Part shown: positions 9,978-21,075 of the stretch, one piece after another | Layout: the number at the start of each line of letters is the position of its first letter | Position numbering within the stretch: position 1 is the stretch's first letter | From: Chitinophagales bacterium | GTDB lineage: Bacteria; Bacteroidota; Bacteroidia; Chitinophagales; Chitinophagaceae | Assembly: GCA_038258875.1 (NCBI GenBank) | Contig: JBBSPK010000002.1 | Location: forward strand, 5,237-69,236 | Length of the DNA stretch: 64,000 bases | Direction: 5' to 3' | Notes under the pieces: model-generated | The model's input: the letters and a program-made list of their open reading frames with translations, nothing else | Told to the model about the DNA's origin: nothing | The model's database searches: none | Position numbers and translations under genes: made by a program

Positions 9978-10625
9978 TTAATCGGGTGATTTTTTTGGCG
10001 ACAATTCTTCAACAAATGTGTTAATGGATTTTATATCTTTTAAACCCGGTGAAATTTCAACATGGCTATTGACATCCACTGCATAAAAAAAAGGATGTGC
10101 AAATTCTTTCAGTTTTCCAACATCTTTTAGTCCAATTCCGCCACTTAAAAAAAATGGTTTATTAATCCTGTGCTCATTTAAAATTTTCCAATCAAATTTT
10201 TCGCCGGTTCCTCCATAAGCATTTTTACGGTTGGTATCAAAAAGGTAGTAATCACAATATTCTTCATAAGGTTTTATCATCCAGTCAATGTTTTGCTCAT
10301 TCCTTTGAGTTATCCTGAAAGCCTTTGTAACAGCTATGTGTTCACTAATCGCCTTACAAAAACCCGGCGTTTCATCGCCATGTAACTGAACCAAATCGAG
10401 GCCGTAGGCCTCCACCTGGCTCATAATATATTCGTCATCTGAATTTACAAACACACCCACTTTTTTTAATGACAATTGTAAGGGTTTAACATCCCAGGCA
10501 AACAGTTTATTATAAACATTTCTTGTGGACTGGCTATAAAATATCATCCCGGCATAGTTTACACCCATAGCATCTAATTGCCCCAGTTGCTCCAGGTGGT
10601 TAATACCACAGACTTTTATTTTCAT
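9978..10625 (-). CDS. trpF: Phosphoribosylanthranilate isomerase (start moved from 10676 to MKIKVCG)
   Basis: KIKVCGI, VQLHGDE, YGGTGEKFDW, FLSGGI, VDVNS. Confidence 0.93.
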   Translation of the reverse strand: MKIKVCGINHLEQLGQLDAMGVNYAGMIFYSQSTRNVYNKLFAWDVKPLQLSLKKVGVFVNSDDEYIMSQVEAYGLDLVQLHGDETPGFCKAISEHIAVTKAFRITQRNEQNIDWMIKPYEEYCDYYLFDTNRKNAYGGTGEKFDWKILNEHRINKPFFLSGGIGLKDVGKLKEFAHPFFYAVDVNSHVEISPGLKDIKSINTFVEELSPKKSPD

Positions 10626-10653
10626 TATTTCTTTTATTACACGATTTTTTTCG

Positions 10654-10671
10654 ATCCGATAGCTATCGGAT
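10654..10671. repeat. Perfect 18-bp palindrome ATCCGATAGCTATCGGAT (REP-like) between trpC and trpF
   Basis: Self-reverse-complementary sequence seen directly; CCGATAGCTATCGG is recalled as a common dispersed palindrome in Bacteroidota. Confidence 0.7.
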
Positions 10672-10728
10672 TGCATGAAATGTTTCTAATTATTTTGACT
10701 CAAATAATCCTGAATTCACTGTATCAAA

Positions 10729-11508
10729 TTATTTCAATCCCTGAACAAAATTTTGAAATGCTGTTCCGGGAGTTTTTTCTTTCATAAATTTTTCCCCAAT
10801 CAAAAATCCCCTAAATCCATGCTGTTTTAAATATTGGATGGATTCAACTGAATCAATCCCGCTTTCTGAAATTTTTATTCTCTCCGCGGGAATTTGTTGA
10901 CTTAATTCAACAGACCGGTTAATATCAACAGTAAAAGTTTTCAGGTCGCGGTTATTCACTCCTATAACATCTGCCTCATCACAAATATGCTCCAGTTCCT
11001 GTTCATTGTGAATTTCAAGCAAAACATTTAATCCAATATTTTTTGCAGAGGCAGCCATAGTTTTTGCTTCCTTTTTTGTAAGACAAGCGGCAATCAATAA
11101 AATTATTTCCGCTCCAAATGCTTTTGATTCTAGCAACTGGTATTCATCAATTATGAAATCTTTTCTCAATAAAGGAACTTCATTAACCGTTGCTTCCAAT
11201 AAATCATCCAGCGTACCGCCAAAGAATTCCTCATCAGTAAGAATTGAAATCCCGCTTGCCCCATATTTTGCGTAAGCGGTTGTTACTTCTGTTACAGTTG
11301 AAGTGTTATTTATTACACCTTTTGATGGGGATTTTCTTTTAAATTCTGCAATAATACCTGTTTTGTCATCTCTCAATAAATAGTCTTTGAAAGAGAGCGT
11401 TTTATTTTTAAAAAACGGTCCTCTTTCTAATTCAGCAATGTTTTTGCTTTGCTTTCGTTTCGAAACTTCAAGGCGCTTTTTTTCAATTATCGTATCCAAT
11501 AAATTCAT
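10729..11508 (-). CDS. trpC: Indole-3-glycerol phosphate synthase
   Basis: IIAEFKRKSPSKG, ISILTD, LLRKDF, GVNNRDL, ISESGI. Confidence 0.97.
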   Translation of the reverse strand: MNLLDTIIEKKRLEVSKRKQSKNIAELERGPFFKNKTLSFKDYLLRDDKTGIIAEFKRKSPSKGVINNTSTVTEVTTAYAKYGASGISILTDEEFFGGTLDDLLEATVNEVPLLRKDFIIDEYQLLESKAFGAEIILLIAACLTKKEAKTMAASAKNIGLNVLLEIHNEQELEHICDEADVIGVNNRDLKTFTVDINRSVELSQQIPAERIKISESGIDSVESIQYLKQHGFRGFLIGEKFMKEKTPGTAFQNFVQGLK

Positions 11509-12500
11509 TTCTGCAGTTCAATTAATTTCTTAAAAGATTGATATGCTTTTCCGCTTTCAAGACTTTCAACGGCGAGGTTATAGCAATGTTCATAGCCTGG
11601 AAAATTTCCGGTTGAAGATAATGCTATAGCGGCATTTGCGATTACCACCGCATTTTGAGCCCAACTTCCTTCGCCTTTGAGAATTTTTAAAAATATTTTC
11701 GCTGCTTCATCTGTAGAGTTACCTCCATAAATATCCTGCGGGCTTACCATTCTTTTACCCAGATATTCGGCGGTGTAAATTTTTTCCCCATCGTTTGTAA
11801 TAACTTTTGTGTCGCCGGTTAATGATATTTCATCATACCCATCGAGGCCATGAACGATTGTAAATTTAGCATCAGATTGCTGAAGAAGATAACAATAAAT
11901 TCGTGCCATTTCAAGATTATAAACACCAATAACCTGCACCTGCGGCAAAGCAGGATTTACCATTGGGCCAAGCATATTAAAAAAAGTGCGTACACCCAGA
12001 TTTTTCCTTATTGGTCCCACCACTTTTAATGCCGGGTGAAACAACGGAGCATGCATAAAACAAATGTTTGCTTTATCAACTTCTTCCAATAATTTCTTAT
12101 TATCTGCTGAAAATTTATACCCATGTGTCTCCATTACATTACTGGAGCCACTTATTGAAGAGGCGCCGTAATTTCCATGCTTCGCAATTTTTTGCCCGGT
12201 GCCTGCAACAATAAAACAACTCAATGTTGAAATATTAAAAGTATTTTTTCCGTCGCCACCGGTACCCACAATATCCAATACCTCAAATGATTTTAGATTT
12301 ACAGGAACACAGAGTTCAATTAATGCGTCCCGAAAACCAAGTAATTCAGGAATCGTAATACTGCGCATAAGAAACACAGTTGTAAAAGATGCGATTTCAG
12401 CATCTGAATATATTGCCTGGGAAATATTCACCAAAACTTCTTTAGCCTTTTCTCTCGATAAAGTTTTATGTTCAAATAAATATTGAAGAATTTTTTTCAT
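11505..12500 (-). CDS. trpD: Anthranilate phosphoribosyltransferase (likely start MKKILQ at 12500)
   Basis: DIVGTGGDGKNTFNIST, AKHGNYGASS, RTFFNMLGP, GYDEIS. Confidence 0.97.
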   Translation of the reverse strand: MKKILQYLFEHKTLSREKAKEVLVNISQAIYSDAEIASFTTVFLMRSITIPELLGFRDALIELCVPVNLKSFEVLDIVGTGGDGKNTFNISTLSCFIVAGTGQKIAKHGNYGASSISGSSNVMETHGYKFSADNKKLLEEVDKANICFMHAPLFHPALKVVGPIRKNLGVRTFFNMLGPMVNPALPQVQVIGVYNLEMARIYCYLLQQSDAKFTIVHGLDGYDEISLTGDTKVITNDGEKIYTAEYLGKRMVSPQDIYGGNSTDEAAKIFLKILKGEGSWAQNAVVIANAAIALSSTGNFPGYEHCYNLAVESLESGKAYQSFKKLIELQK

Positions 12501-12559
12501 CTTATTATTTTTAATCCTGGTCTTTACCCAATAATCCACAACATCCCATAGCTCCCGGT

Positions 12560-13141
12560 TTAAACAGTTAGCCAGTTTCTCATCATAGTCTCCCCCATTG
12601 GAGTTAATACGCTTTCCGGGTGAAACTGGACACCCTGCACATCGAAAGTTTTATGACGCAACGCCATAATGTATCCATTTTCATCCTCTGCTGTAATTTC
12701 TAATTCTTTTGGAAAGTTATCTTTACTAACTATCCATGAATGATAGCGTCCAACTTCAAGTTCGTCGTCAAGTGATGTGAATACATCGTTTTTGGAGGTT
12801 GTTCTTGATGGATTCACTTTTATTTTTGTTGCCACCCCATGGTATACCGTACTTAAGTTGAAAAGCTTGCCACCAAAAGCCTCGCCTATTGCCTGTTGCC
12901 CCAAACACACGCCCAGTATTGATTTGGAAGACGCATACTCATTTATAAGAGGCAACAGCAGTCCTGATTCAACAGGAATTCCGGGGCCGGGTGATAAAAT
13001 TATCTTGTCGTAATCTTTTACTTTTTCAAGAGATATTTTATCGTTACGATAGACATCAACTTTCTCATGAATTATTTTTTCAACCACATGTACAAGGTTG
13101 TAAGTAAAAGAGTCGTAATTATCAAAAATCAAAATTTTCAT
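12560..13141 (-). CDS. trpG: Anthranilate synthase component II (glutamine amidotransferase)
   Basis: DNYDSFTYNL, SPGPG, LGVCLG, RYHSW, QFHPES. Confidence 0.96.
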   Translation of the reverse strand: MKILIFDNYDSFTYNLVHVVEKIIHEKVDVYRNDKISLEKVKDYDKIILSPGPGIPVESGLLLPLINEYASSKSILGVCLGQQAIGEAFGGKLFNLSTVYHGVATKIKVNPSRTTSKNDVFTSLDDELEVGRYHSWIVSKDNFPKELEITAEDENGYIMALRHKTFDVQGVQFHPESVLTPMGETMMRNWLTV

Positions 13142-13144
13142 TAC

Positions 13145-14563
13145 TTAGATTTTTTCTGCTGATTTAATCGCCGATGTAAGCGCATTAAGTTTATTGGTAA
13201 CCTCCTGGAGCTCACTGGGTGGATTAGACGCAGCCACTATACCTGCCCCGGCGCGGTAAATAAGACAGTTTCCCTTACTCAGGAAAGTCCTTATCATAAT
13301 GGCATGGTTAATACTACCATTAAATCCTACAAATCCTATACAGCCTCCATAATACCCTCTTGCATCTTTCTCAAATTGGTCAATTAGCTGCATCGCTTTA
13401 TACTTGGGGGCACCACTTAGTGTACCTGCGGGAAATGTTGCGCCGAGTAAACTAAAAGGATTTGTATTTTCTCCTACCTTGCCTTTAACCTCACTTACCA
13501 AATGAATCACGTGTGAAAAATATTGTACTTCACAAAATCGGGTTACAGTAACATTACTGCATACACGGCTGAGATCATTGCGGGCAAGATCAACCAACAT
13601 CACATGCTCTGCATTTTCTTTTTCATCCTTTGCCAGTTTTTCTGCAAGATCTTCGTCAACGGCGTCATTACCGGTTCTCCTAAATGTACCGGCTATTGGA
13701 TGTACAATTGCCATATTATTCTGTACAATTAATTGACTTTCGGGACTGCTCCCGAAAAGCCTGTAGTCCCCATAATCAAAATAAAAAAGATAAGGGCTTG
13801 GATTTATATTGCGCAATGCCCTGTAGACATTAAACTCATCACCGGAAAACTGTTGTTGAAATTTCCTGCTAAGCACCACCTGGAACACATCTCCCCTGGC
13901 ACATCCTGCTATGCCTTTCTTCACCATATCAATATAATCTTCATCTTTTAATGAGGATGTTTCATTTTCTAAAAAAGCAAAAGGATAAGCAGGTACGTCC
14001 TTGCTCTTAATAAGACTCTCAACTACATCAATATCACTATCAATTCCTTTAATATGATTTTCACAAATAAATAATTCGTCTTTAAAATGATTAATCACGA
14101 TAACGTACTGGTATAACCGGTAGCGAACTAATGAAATTTCAGGAGGTATTTTAGCGTTGGACGATTTAAATTTTATTTCCTCAAAAAATTGAATAGCATC
14201 AAAAGTAGTATAGCCAAATAAGCCCTGGGCTTTGTTCACGGGAATTTCCGCAGGTTCACTGATGTTGAAGTACTGCATGAATTTCCAGAGTTCACCGGCA
14301 ACGTTTGTTGTACTGGTAATTTTTATTTTTTGAATATTTAGTGTTGGCAGCTTAAACTCTATTTCCTCATAGTTACTTATTTCAATACCTGCTATGGCAT
14401 TTATTCCAATGATTGAAAAGCTGTTTTCACCCACATGAAAGTCCGTGCTTTCAAGCAATACGGTATCACGAAATCTGTCGCGAAGGCGCAGGTAAATCCC
14501 TACGGGAGTATATACGTCGGCTAATAATTTTTTGAAGGTCGTTGATAATCCTATTTTATTCAT
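13145..14563 (-). CDS. trpE: Anthranilate synthase component I
   Basis: GDVFQVVLS, NPSPY, PIAGT, KENAEHVMLVDLARND, FPAGTLSGAPK, AGAGIVA. Confidence 0.96.
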   Translation of the reverse strand: MNKIGLSTTFKKLLADVYTPVGIYLRLRDRFRDTVLLESTDFHVGENSFSIIGINAIAGIEISNYEEIEFKLPTLNIQKIKITSTTNVAGELWKFMQYFNISEPAEIPVNKAQGLFGYTTFDAIQFFEEIKFKSSNAKIPPEISLVRYRLYQYVIVINHFKDELFICENHIKGIDSDIDVVESLIKSKDVPAYPFAFLENETSSLKDEDYIDMVKKGIAGCARGDVFQVVLSRKFQQQFSGDEFNVYRALRNINPSPYLFYFDYGDYRLFGSSPESQLIVQNNMAIVHPIAGTFRRTGNDAVDEDLAEKLAKDEKENAEHVMLVDLARNDLSRVCSNVTVTRFCEVQYFSHVIHLVSEVKGKVGENTNPFSLLGATFPAGTLSGAPKYKAMQLIDQFEKDARGYYGGCIGFVGFNGSINHAIMIRTFLSKGNCLIYRAGAGIVAASNPPSELQEVTNKLNALTSAIKSAEKI

Positions 14564-14599
14564 GTGCTCCGTGTGATTAGTTATGTCACTTCAATTCAT

Positions 14600-14631
14600 A
14601 AAATAAAAAAACCCCAGCTTAGTGCCGGGGC
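14600..14631 (-). terminator. trp attenuator terminator hairpin
   Basis: Minus strand CCCCGGC-ACTAA-GCTGGGG followed by TTTTTTTATTTT, just upstream of trpE. Confidence 0.88.
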
Positions 14632-14674
14632 GTTATATTTATTATTTATATACAAATACAGCAGTGCGGCACAA

Positions 14675-14722
14675 TCATGAGATTGTATGCCACCAGCTAT
14701 TATATGTATTATTAACTTGCAT
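14675..14722 (-). CDS. trpL: trp operon leader peptide MQVNNTYNSWWHTIS
   Basis: 15-aa ORF with tandem TGG TGG codons upstream of antiterminator/terminator and trpE; below ORF-track cutoff. Confidence 0.88.
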   Translation of the reverse strand: MQVNNTYNSWWHTIS

Positions 14723-14849
14723 TTATGTTCACAAAGATGTATGGAAAATTTTTAATTGACAAATTTTTGTTTTGCAATTACCTGCCTTTAACCCAAGAAA
14801 GGAGTGCAACCCTGGCATGAATTTTTCAATCTTTGTGTAAATATTTTTC

Positions 14850-15260
14850 TTGAGACAATTTTTATTTTTCTTTTTGTTAACACTTTCTTCTTTTGCAAAA
14901 GCACAAAAAGTTGAAAGCATCTACGTAAATTTATATACTGACAGCCTTAAAAAAGGGACCTATAATTACATTAATATTGATGGGAAACTTTCTTCAGGCC
15001 AGTACGCTCCTCTTGATTCAACAGATATAACCTTTACTTCGTCAGATGGAAAATTTTCCGGCAACAGCCTTTGGATTGACCCGGATTTTAAAAAGGATAA
15101 AGTATCTATTAAAGCTGTTTTAAAATCGAATCCATCTATGTATAAGGAGTTCACAATGTATATTAAGAAAAAGCCCAATGACGAAAAACTAAAAACTGTG
15201 GATGAGATAATGAACGAAAATAGGAGCAATTCCAAATCATCCCGTAAACGAAGAAGTTAA
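14850..15260 (+). CDS. Exported hypothetical protein
   Basis: TTG start, signal peptide FLFFFLLTLSSFAKA, 136 aa. Confidence 0.75.
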   Translation: MRQFLFFFLLTLSSFAKAQKVESIYVNLYTDSLKKGTYNYINIDGKLSSGQYAPLDSTDITFTSSDGKFSGNSLWIDPDFKKDKVSIKAVLKSNPSMYKEFTMYIKKKPNDEKLKTVDEIMNENRSNSKSSRKRRS

Positions 15261-15283
15261 TCCCTTTGAAGACACAAATAAGA

Positions 15284-15309
15284 GCCCCTGGGATGTTAAT
15301 CTCCGGGGC
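15284..15309. terminator. Imperfect GC hairpin between convergent genes (possible terminator)
   Basis: GCCCCTGGGA...TCTCCGGGGC; no clean U tract. Confidence 0.35.
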
Positions 15310-15323
15310 ATTTAATTTTACAA

Positions 15324-15977
15324 CTATTCAAATTTCTTTGCGTCTGCAATAAATTTAGCAAGGCCAATATCGGTTAATGGATGTTTTGTTAACCCAATAA
15401 TTGATTCAAGCGGGCAAGTGCATACATCCGCACCGGCTTCGGCACATTTAATAATGTGAAGCGAGCTGCGTATAGAGGCTGCAAGAATTTCCGATTTAAA
15501 ACCCTGCACCTGGAAAATATGAGATATCTGTTGTATCAGTTCAATCCCATCCCAGCCACTGTCATCAATGCGTCCTATAAACGGTGAAACGTAAGCTGCA
15601 CCGGCTTTTGCCGCAAGCATTGCCTGTCCTGCACTAAAAATTAATGTACAATTAGTGCGGATTCCATTATCGGTAAACCATTTAATTGCTTTAACACCAT
15701 CAGGTATCATAGGCACTTTTACAACAATATTTTTATGGATAGCCGCAAGTTTTTTCCCTTCCTCAACTATTGTTTTAAATTCAGTAGTAACTACTTCAGC
15801 GCTTATATCGCCGTCCACCATTTCACAAATTGTTTTATAATGATTCATTACAGCCTCACTCCCTTTGATTCCTTCCTTTGCCATCAATGAAGGATTGGTT
15901 GTAACGCCATCTAAAATACCCAGGTCGTTGGCTTCCCTTATCTGGTCAAGATTAGCCGTATCAATAAAAAATTTCAT
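15324..15977 (-). CDS. fsa: Transaldolase / fructose-6-phosphate aldolase (TalC/MipB family)
   Basis: MKFFIDTAN, GVTTNPSL, VVKVP, NCTLIFS, YVSPFIGRIDD, LAASIR; TATCTTTG box upstream. Confidence 0.93.
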   Translation of the reverse strand: MKFFIDTANLDQIREANDLGILDGVTTNPSLMAKEGIKGSEAVMNHYKTICEMVDGDISAEVVTTEFKTIVEEGKKLAAIHKNIVVKVPMIPDGVKAIKWFTDNGIRTNCTLIFSAGQAMLAAKAGAAYVSPFIGRIDDSGWDGIELIQQISHIFQVQGFKSEILAASIRSSLHIIKCAEAGADVCTCPLESIIGLTKHPLTDIGLAKFIADAKKFE

Positions 15978-16136
15978 AAAAATTATGTGTTTAAAATGAT
16001 TTAATTATTGTGCAAAGATATTTCATTATTAAGGAAGTTTATGTAAAGCAAGATTACGGATGGAGATGTTTTAAAAAGAGTGTGGGAATTTGTGCCACTT
16101 TGATGCATTCCGAAACCCTACCGTAAGCAAAAAAAA

Positions 16137-16234
16137 TCGGCAAGTTACTTACATCGCACCGCTCAACCACATACCCTTGCTATCTTCCGATCCTGGGGGA
16201 GTTCTGCAGGAGCTGGCCGTATAAGACTTGCCGG
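16137..16234 (-). ncRNA. ffs: Signal recognition particle RNA (small bacterial type, 4.5S)
   Basis: Terminal stem CCGGCAAGT/ACTTGCCGA, domain-IV core CCAGGATCGGAAGATAGCAAGGG (GGAA tetraloop, CAGG/AGCA), TATATTTG -7 box immediately upstream, T run downstream. Confidence 0.88.
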
Positions 16235-16250
16235 CTGCAAATATAATAAG

Positions 16251-16281
16251 AATGACACTAATTAGGCGAATTACACTAATT
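16251..16281. repeat. Dispersed ACACTAATT double repeat, copy 2
   Basis: AATGACACTAATT-N6-ATTACACTAATT, matches 365-396. Confidence 0.5.
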
Positions 16282-16313
16282 AGATTAATTGACACCTAAA
16301 ATTATTTAACTCT

Positions 16314-17609
16314 TTAAAAGCTCAACCCTGGTTTATCGGTTCTCGAATTAAAAGTGGCAATTCCAAGCAGTTCATCTGCACGCCCGATAAAAGATTTGTA
16401 ATACACAAGAATGGTATATAAATTTTCGGTTTCATAGTAATTACCATCCAGTTCATTTCGTATTGCGGGATTATTCTTATCAACGGCCACATAAGTATAA
16501 TCATAATATCCCTGCTTCATAAAAAGATGGGTTTCATAAACACCTTTTTCGGCATTAAAATTCATTTTAAGGCTATCTGCATAATTATAGTTAGTCAGCT
16601 GGCCGAAAAGATAAATATCTTTATTCGGATAAGCCACGCCGTTAGGCGGTACAAACGTAAAATGCACAGTTGCATAATCAGCTTCCCAGTAAGGGTTAAT
16701 TCCCCTTATGGCTTCTATAGTATATTGACCATCATAATCCCGGTAATATACATAACGCTGTCCGTCACGTGGACCATCAGGACGAACATAGACGTCGGTG
16801 GAAGACTTTTTATAATCTGCAGTAAGTACCCTGTCACTTTGCAAATGGAAATCAGTTAAGTCGAGCCACCGCCACTCTTTTCCGCCAGGAAAAATTCCAA
16901 TGCTTTCTGAATTATATTCCAGGGTAGTGCCGCGGATAAATGTTGGGGGGAAATTTTTTAATGCATTGTCCCACCGGTTATTTTGAAGAATAACCACTTT
17001 CAGTTGCTGGCCCGCATTAAAAGCATCAAGGCCTTTTATATCTACTGTAAACTGCACTTTTTGATGAGTCCGGAAATATTCAGGAGCGAATGGCTGTGTA
17101 ACTTTTGCAAGTATAGTTGCTTTGTTATCCACGACCATCATCCGTTTTGTAAAAGCCAATTGTGAAGTATCTCCATTTAAATACACCTTGAGAATATAGT
17201 TGCCGGAACGGGTAGGATAACTACTCCGATCGGGAATTACGGCCTGGTAGTGGGTATATCTTGTAAGTGCAATGGATGAAAAACGATAAGTGGAAATTTT
17301 TAACTGGGTAAATCCTTTCATATAATCAAACTGGCTAAGATTAACCGGAGTCCAATCATTATTACAAAGCTGATAGGTGTAGTAATAATATTTTACGTCA
17401 GCATCCATGTCATCAAAATGAAGCTCCAATTGATCACCTGCATTTAAGTTTATAACAGGCTGGCTTAACTGAATTCCGTATTTATACAATTTTGCTGTTT
17501 TAATATTATCGACATAAATACTATCGGGAGCCTGGGCACGAAGAATTTTCGAAGAAAACAGGAATACGAATTGAAAAAAAACAAGAAGAGCAATCTTTTT
17601 TGATTTCAT
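16314..17609 (-). CDS. DUF5103 protein / type IX secretion system plug-like protein
   Basis: Signal peptide; LELHFDD, YTHY, SGNYILKVY, QNNRWDNA, KQGYYDY, ETENLY pattern. Confidence 0.8.
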   Translation of the reverse strand: MKSKKIALLVFFQFVFLFSSKILRAQAPDSIYVDNIKTAKLYKYGIQLSQPVINLNAGDQLELHFDDMDADVKYYYYTYQLCNNDWTPVNLSQFDYMKGFTQLKISTYRFSSIALTRYTHYQAVIPDRSSYPTRSGNYILKVYLNGDTSQLAFTKRMMVVDNKATILAKVTQPFAPEYFRTHQKVQFTVDIKGLDAFNAGQQLKVVILQNNRWDNALKNFPPTFIRGTTLEYNSESIGIFPGGKEWRWLDLTDFHLQSDRVLTADYKKSSTDVYVRPDGPRDGQRYVYYRDYDGQYTIEAIRGINPYWEADYATVHFTFVPPNGVAYPNKDIYLFGQLTNYNYADSLKMNFNAEKGVYETHLFMKQGYYDYTYVAVDKNNPAIRNELDGNYYETENLYTILVYYKSFIGRADELLGIATFNSRTDKPGLSF

Positions 17610-17631
17610 TGAAATGTTTTAAAAAAATTAG

Positions 17632-18894
<1,263 letters not shown>

Positions 18895-19084
18895 AATATT
18901 CAAACCATCTTCTTTCATGAATAGCTTTTTGAATACATGGTTCTGATTGCGGGGTTTTTTTTACCGGGTACTTCAGCTAATTAAAATCATAATAATAATG
19001 AGCCTTCACCGATCTCATATAATTATAATTATGTAGCTCACACACTAAAATTTGCCAAAACAAATTATTGTATTTTTATCTTGA

Positions 19085-19645
19085 ATGCAGATTAATTTAG
19101 ATGATAAAACCCTTTGGGTTAATATAAAAAAAGGTAACCAGGCTGCTCTTACTCAACTTTTCCAGCGACATTATTTTCTACTCGTTAAAACAGGTATCAA
19201 CTATCTTCAGGATCCGGAACTTGCAAAGGACGCAGCCAATGATGTATTTTTTAATATATGGCGCAACAGGGAAAATTTGTCTGATGTGGAAAATATTAAA
19301 GCCTACCTGGCGGCCAGTTATCGTAATCGAATTTTTTTACTCGCAAAAAGTGATTTAAAAAATACTAATCGCTTAAAAGAGTGGAATAGAGACCAGGAGG
19401 AAACACAGCATTCTTATGAGGAAATTTTAGTAACCTTGCAAGTAAAGAAAGAAGAAAAAGAAAAATTATTGCGATACCTGGAACAGTTAACCCCCCGCCA
19501 AAAAGAATATCTCCAATTAAAATTTTATGAAGGTTTATCCTATGAACAGATAGCTGAGCAAACAGGGCAGGCAGTAAAAACCATATACAATACGATATAC
19601 GAGGCGATAAAAATATTAAGGCAGAAAATATCTTTAAAAAAATAA
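19085..19645 (+). CDS. ECF sigma-70 factor (PUL-associated)
   Basis: AKDAANDVFFNIW region 2; LTPRQKEYLQLKFYEGLSYEQIA region 4; followed by FecR. Confidence 0.9.
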   Translation: MQINLDDKTLWVNIKKGNQAALTQLFQRHYFLLVKTGINYLQDPELAKDAANDVFFNIWRNRENLSDVENIKAYLAASYRNRIFLLAKSDLKNTNRLKEWNRDQEETQHSYEEILVTLQVKKEEKEKLLRYLEQLTPRQKEYLQLKFYEGLSYEQIAEQTGQAVKTIYNTIYEAIKILRQKISLKK

Positions 19646-19691
19646 ATTAAAAATTTTCGGGAAATAGTTTCATCACTTCACTCTTATTATT

Positions 19692-20909
19692 ATGAAGTAT
19701 GAAAATTATACTGTAGAAGATTTTTTAGCGGAAGAATCTTTTCAACAATATTGCGCCGCCACTAATGAAGCTGCCATTGTATTTTGGAATAACGCATTGG
19801 AACAGGAACCACAGATTGAGGAAACATTCAAAGAAGCCATTAACTGGTATAACCTGCTAAATGCTCAACAAGGAAATTTGAAAGAGCAAACTGAACTTTT
19901 GCAAAAAAGGATTCATCAATTAGGACAGGAATATAACGCACAACCACATAAACTTATTCGTATGCGTGGCAGGTGGTGGGCAGCAGCCTGTATTATTTTA
20001 ATACTCTGCGCAGGAAGTTATTTTTATTTGAAACAATCTCCTCAAAAACAAATTGCTAAAACCGAAAATGCTGCTAAAATATTTAAGAATGATATAGCGC
20101 CTGGCGGTAACAGAGCAGTACTCACTTTAGCAAATGGTTCAAAAATTATTTTAGATAGTGCAAAAAATGGCTCATTAGCCCGGCAGGGAAATTCTAAAAT
20201 AATAAAACTGAATGATGGGCAACTTTCCTATCAGTTGGCAGCAGGAACGGAACCGGCCACAATTCAATATAATACAATATCAACGCCGCGTGGCGGACAA
20301 TATCAATTGATATTATCAGATGGCTCAAAAGTGTGGCTAAATGCAGCTTCTTCATTAAAATTTCCTTCGGCATTTACCGGTAAACAAAGAAGTGTAGAGT
20401 TAACGGGTGAAGGCTATTTTGAAATAACGCATAACGCAGCGATGCCATTCAAGGTAAAAAATGAAAGTGCAGAAATAACAGTATTAGGTACTCACTTTAA
20501 TATAAACGCTTACGATCATGAATCATCATTAAAAGTTACATTACTTGAAGGCAGCGTAAAAGTAAAAGGCTTCTCCGTAAAGGGTGAGCGCTCAACTGTA
20601 ATCAAACCCGGGCAACAGGCGCAGGTACCTCTTTCAGGAGATGGGGGTATAAAAGTTCAGGCTATTGATGTTGATGAAGTAATGGCCTGGAAAGACGGCT
20701 TTTTTGAATTTGAAAATATGGAGCTGCCTGCTATTATGCGCCAGATAGAAAGATGGTATGATGTATCTGTGGAATATAAAAATGCCAATACTAAAGAACG
20801 GTTTGGCGGGCGCATCAGCAGAAACCTGAGCTTATCTAAAATGCTCCATTTATTGGAAACAAATAGAGTTCATTTTAAGCTTGACGGAAATAAGATTACT
20901 GTACTTTAA
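19692..20909 (+). CDS. FecR-family anti-sigma factor
   Basis: TM WWAAACIILILCAG; TPRGGQYQLILSDGSKVWLNAASSL, GEGYFE, VLGTHFNI, AWKDG. Confidence 0.93.
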   Translation: MKYENYTVEDFLAEESFQQYCAATNEAAIVFWNNALEQEPQIEETFKEAINWYNLLNAQQGNLKEQTELLQKRIHQLGQEYNAQPHKLIRMRGRWWAAACIILILCAGSYFYLKQSPQKQIAKTENAAKIFKNDIAPGGNRAVLTLANGSKIILDSAKNGSLARQGNSKIIKLNDGQLSYQLAAGTEPATIQYNTISTPRGGQYQLILSDGSKVWLNAASSLKFPSAFTGKQRSVELTGEGYFEITHNAAMPFKVKNESAEITVLGTHFNINAYDHESSLKVTLLEGSVKVKGFSVKGERSTVIKPGQQAQVPLSGDGGIKVQAIDVDEVMAWKDGFFEFENMELPAIMRQIERWYDVSVEYKNANTKERFGGRISRNLSLSKMLHLLETNRVHFKLDGNKITVL

Positions 20910-20980
20910 GGATTAGAGCTTATAATAATAATTTTCTTTAGATTTCAAAACTATGAAAATCTTCTTTTACTCAAAAGAAA

Positions 20981-21065
20981 GCCGGGTAGTGCTGCAACAC
21001 TCCCGGCAAAAATTTGGGTTGAGGAATTAACAATCTTTCGAGGACTCTTTATCGTTCACCCAAAC
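20981..21065 (+). promoter_or_regulatory. Structured fecR-susC intergenic leader (two hairpins)
   Basis: GCCGGGtAGTG-CTGCAA-CACTCCCGGC (20981-21007) then TTTGGGT...ACCCAAA pairing next to the susC start. Confidence 0.5.
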
Positions 21066-21075
21066 AAACAAATGT

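Noticed and set aside
10626-10676. Longer N-termini given by the ORF track for trpF (also trpD, tamL-like, GLPGLI and PLD genes)
   Set aside because: Extensions run through palindromes, promoters or overlapping genes; downstream ATGs match family N-termini or signal peptides
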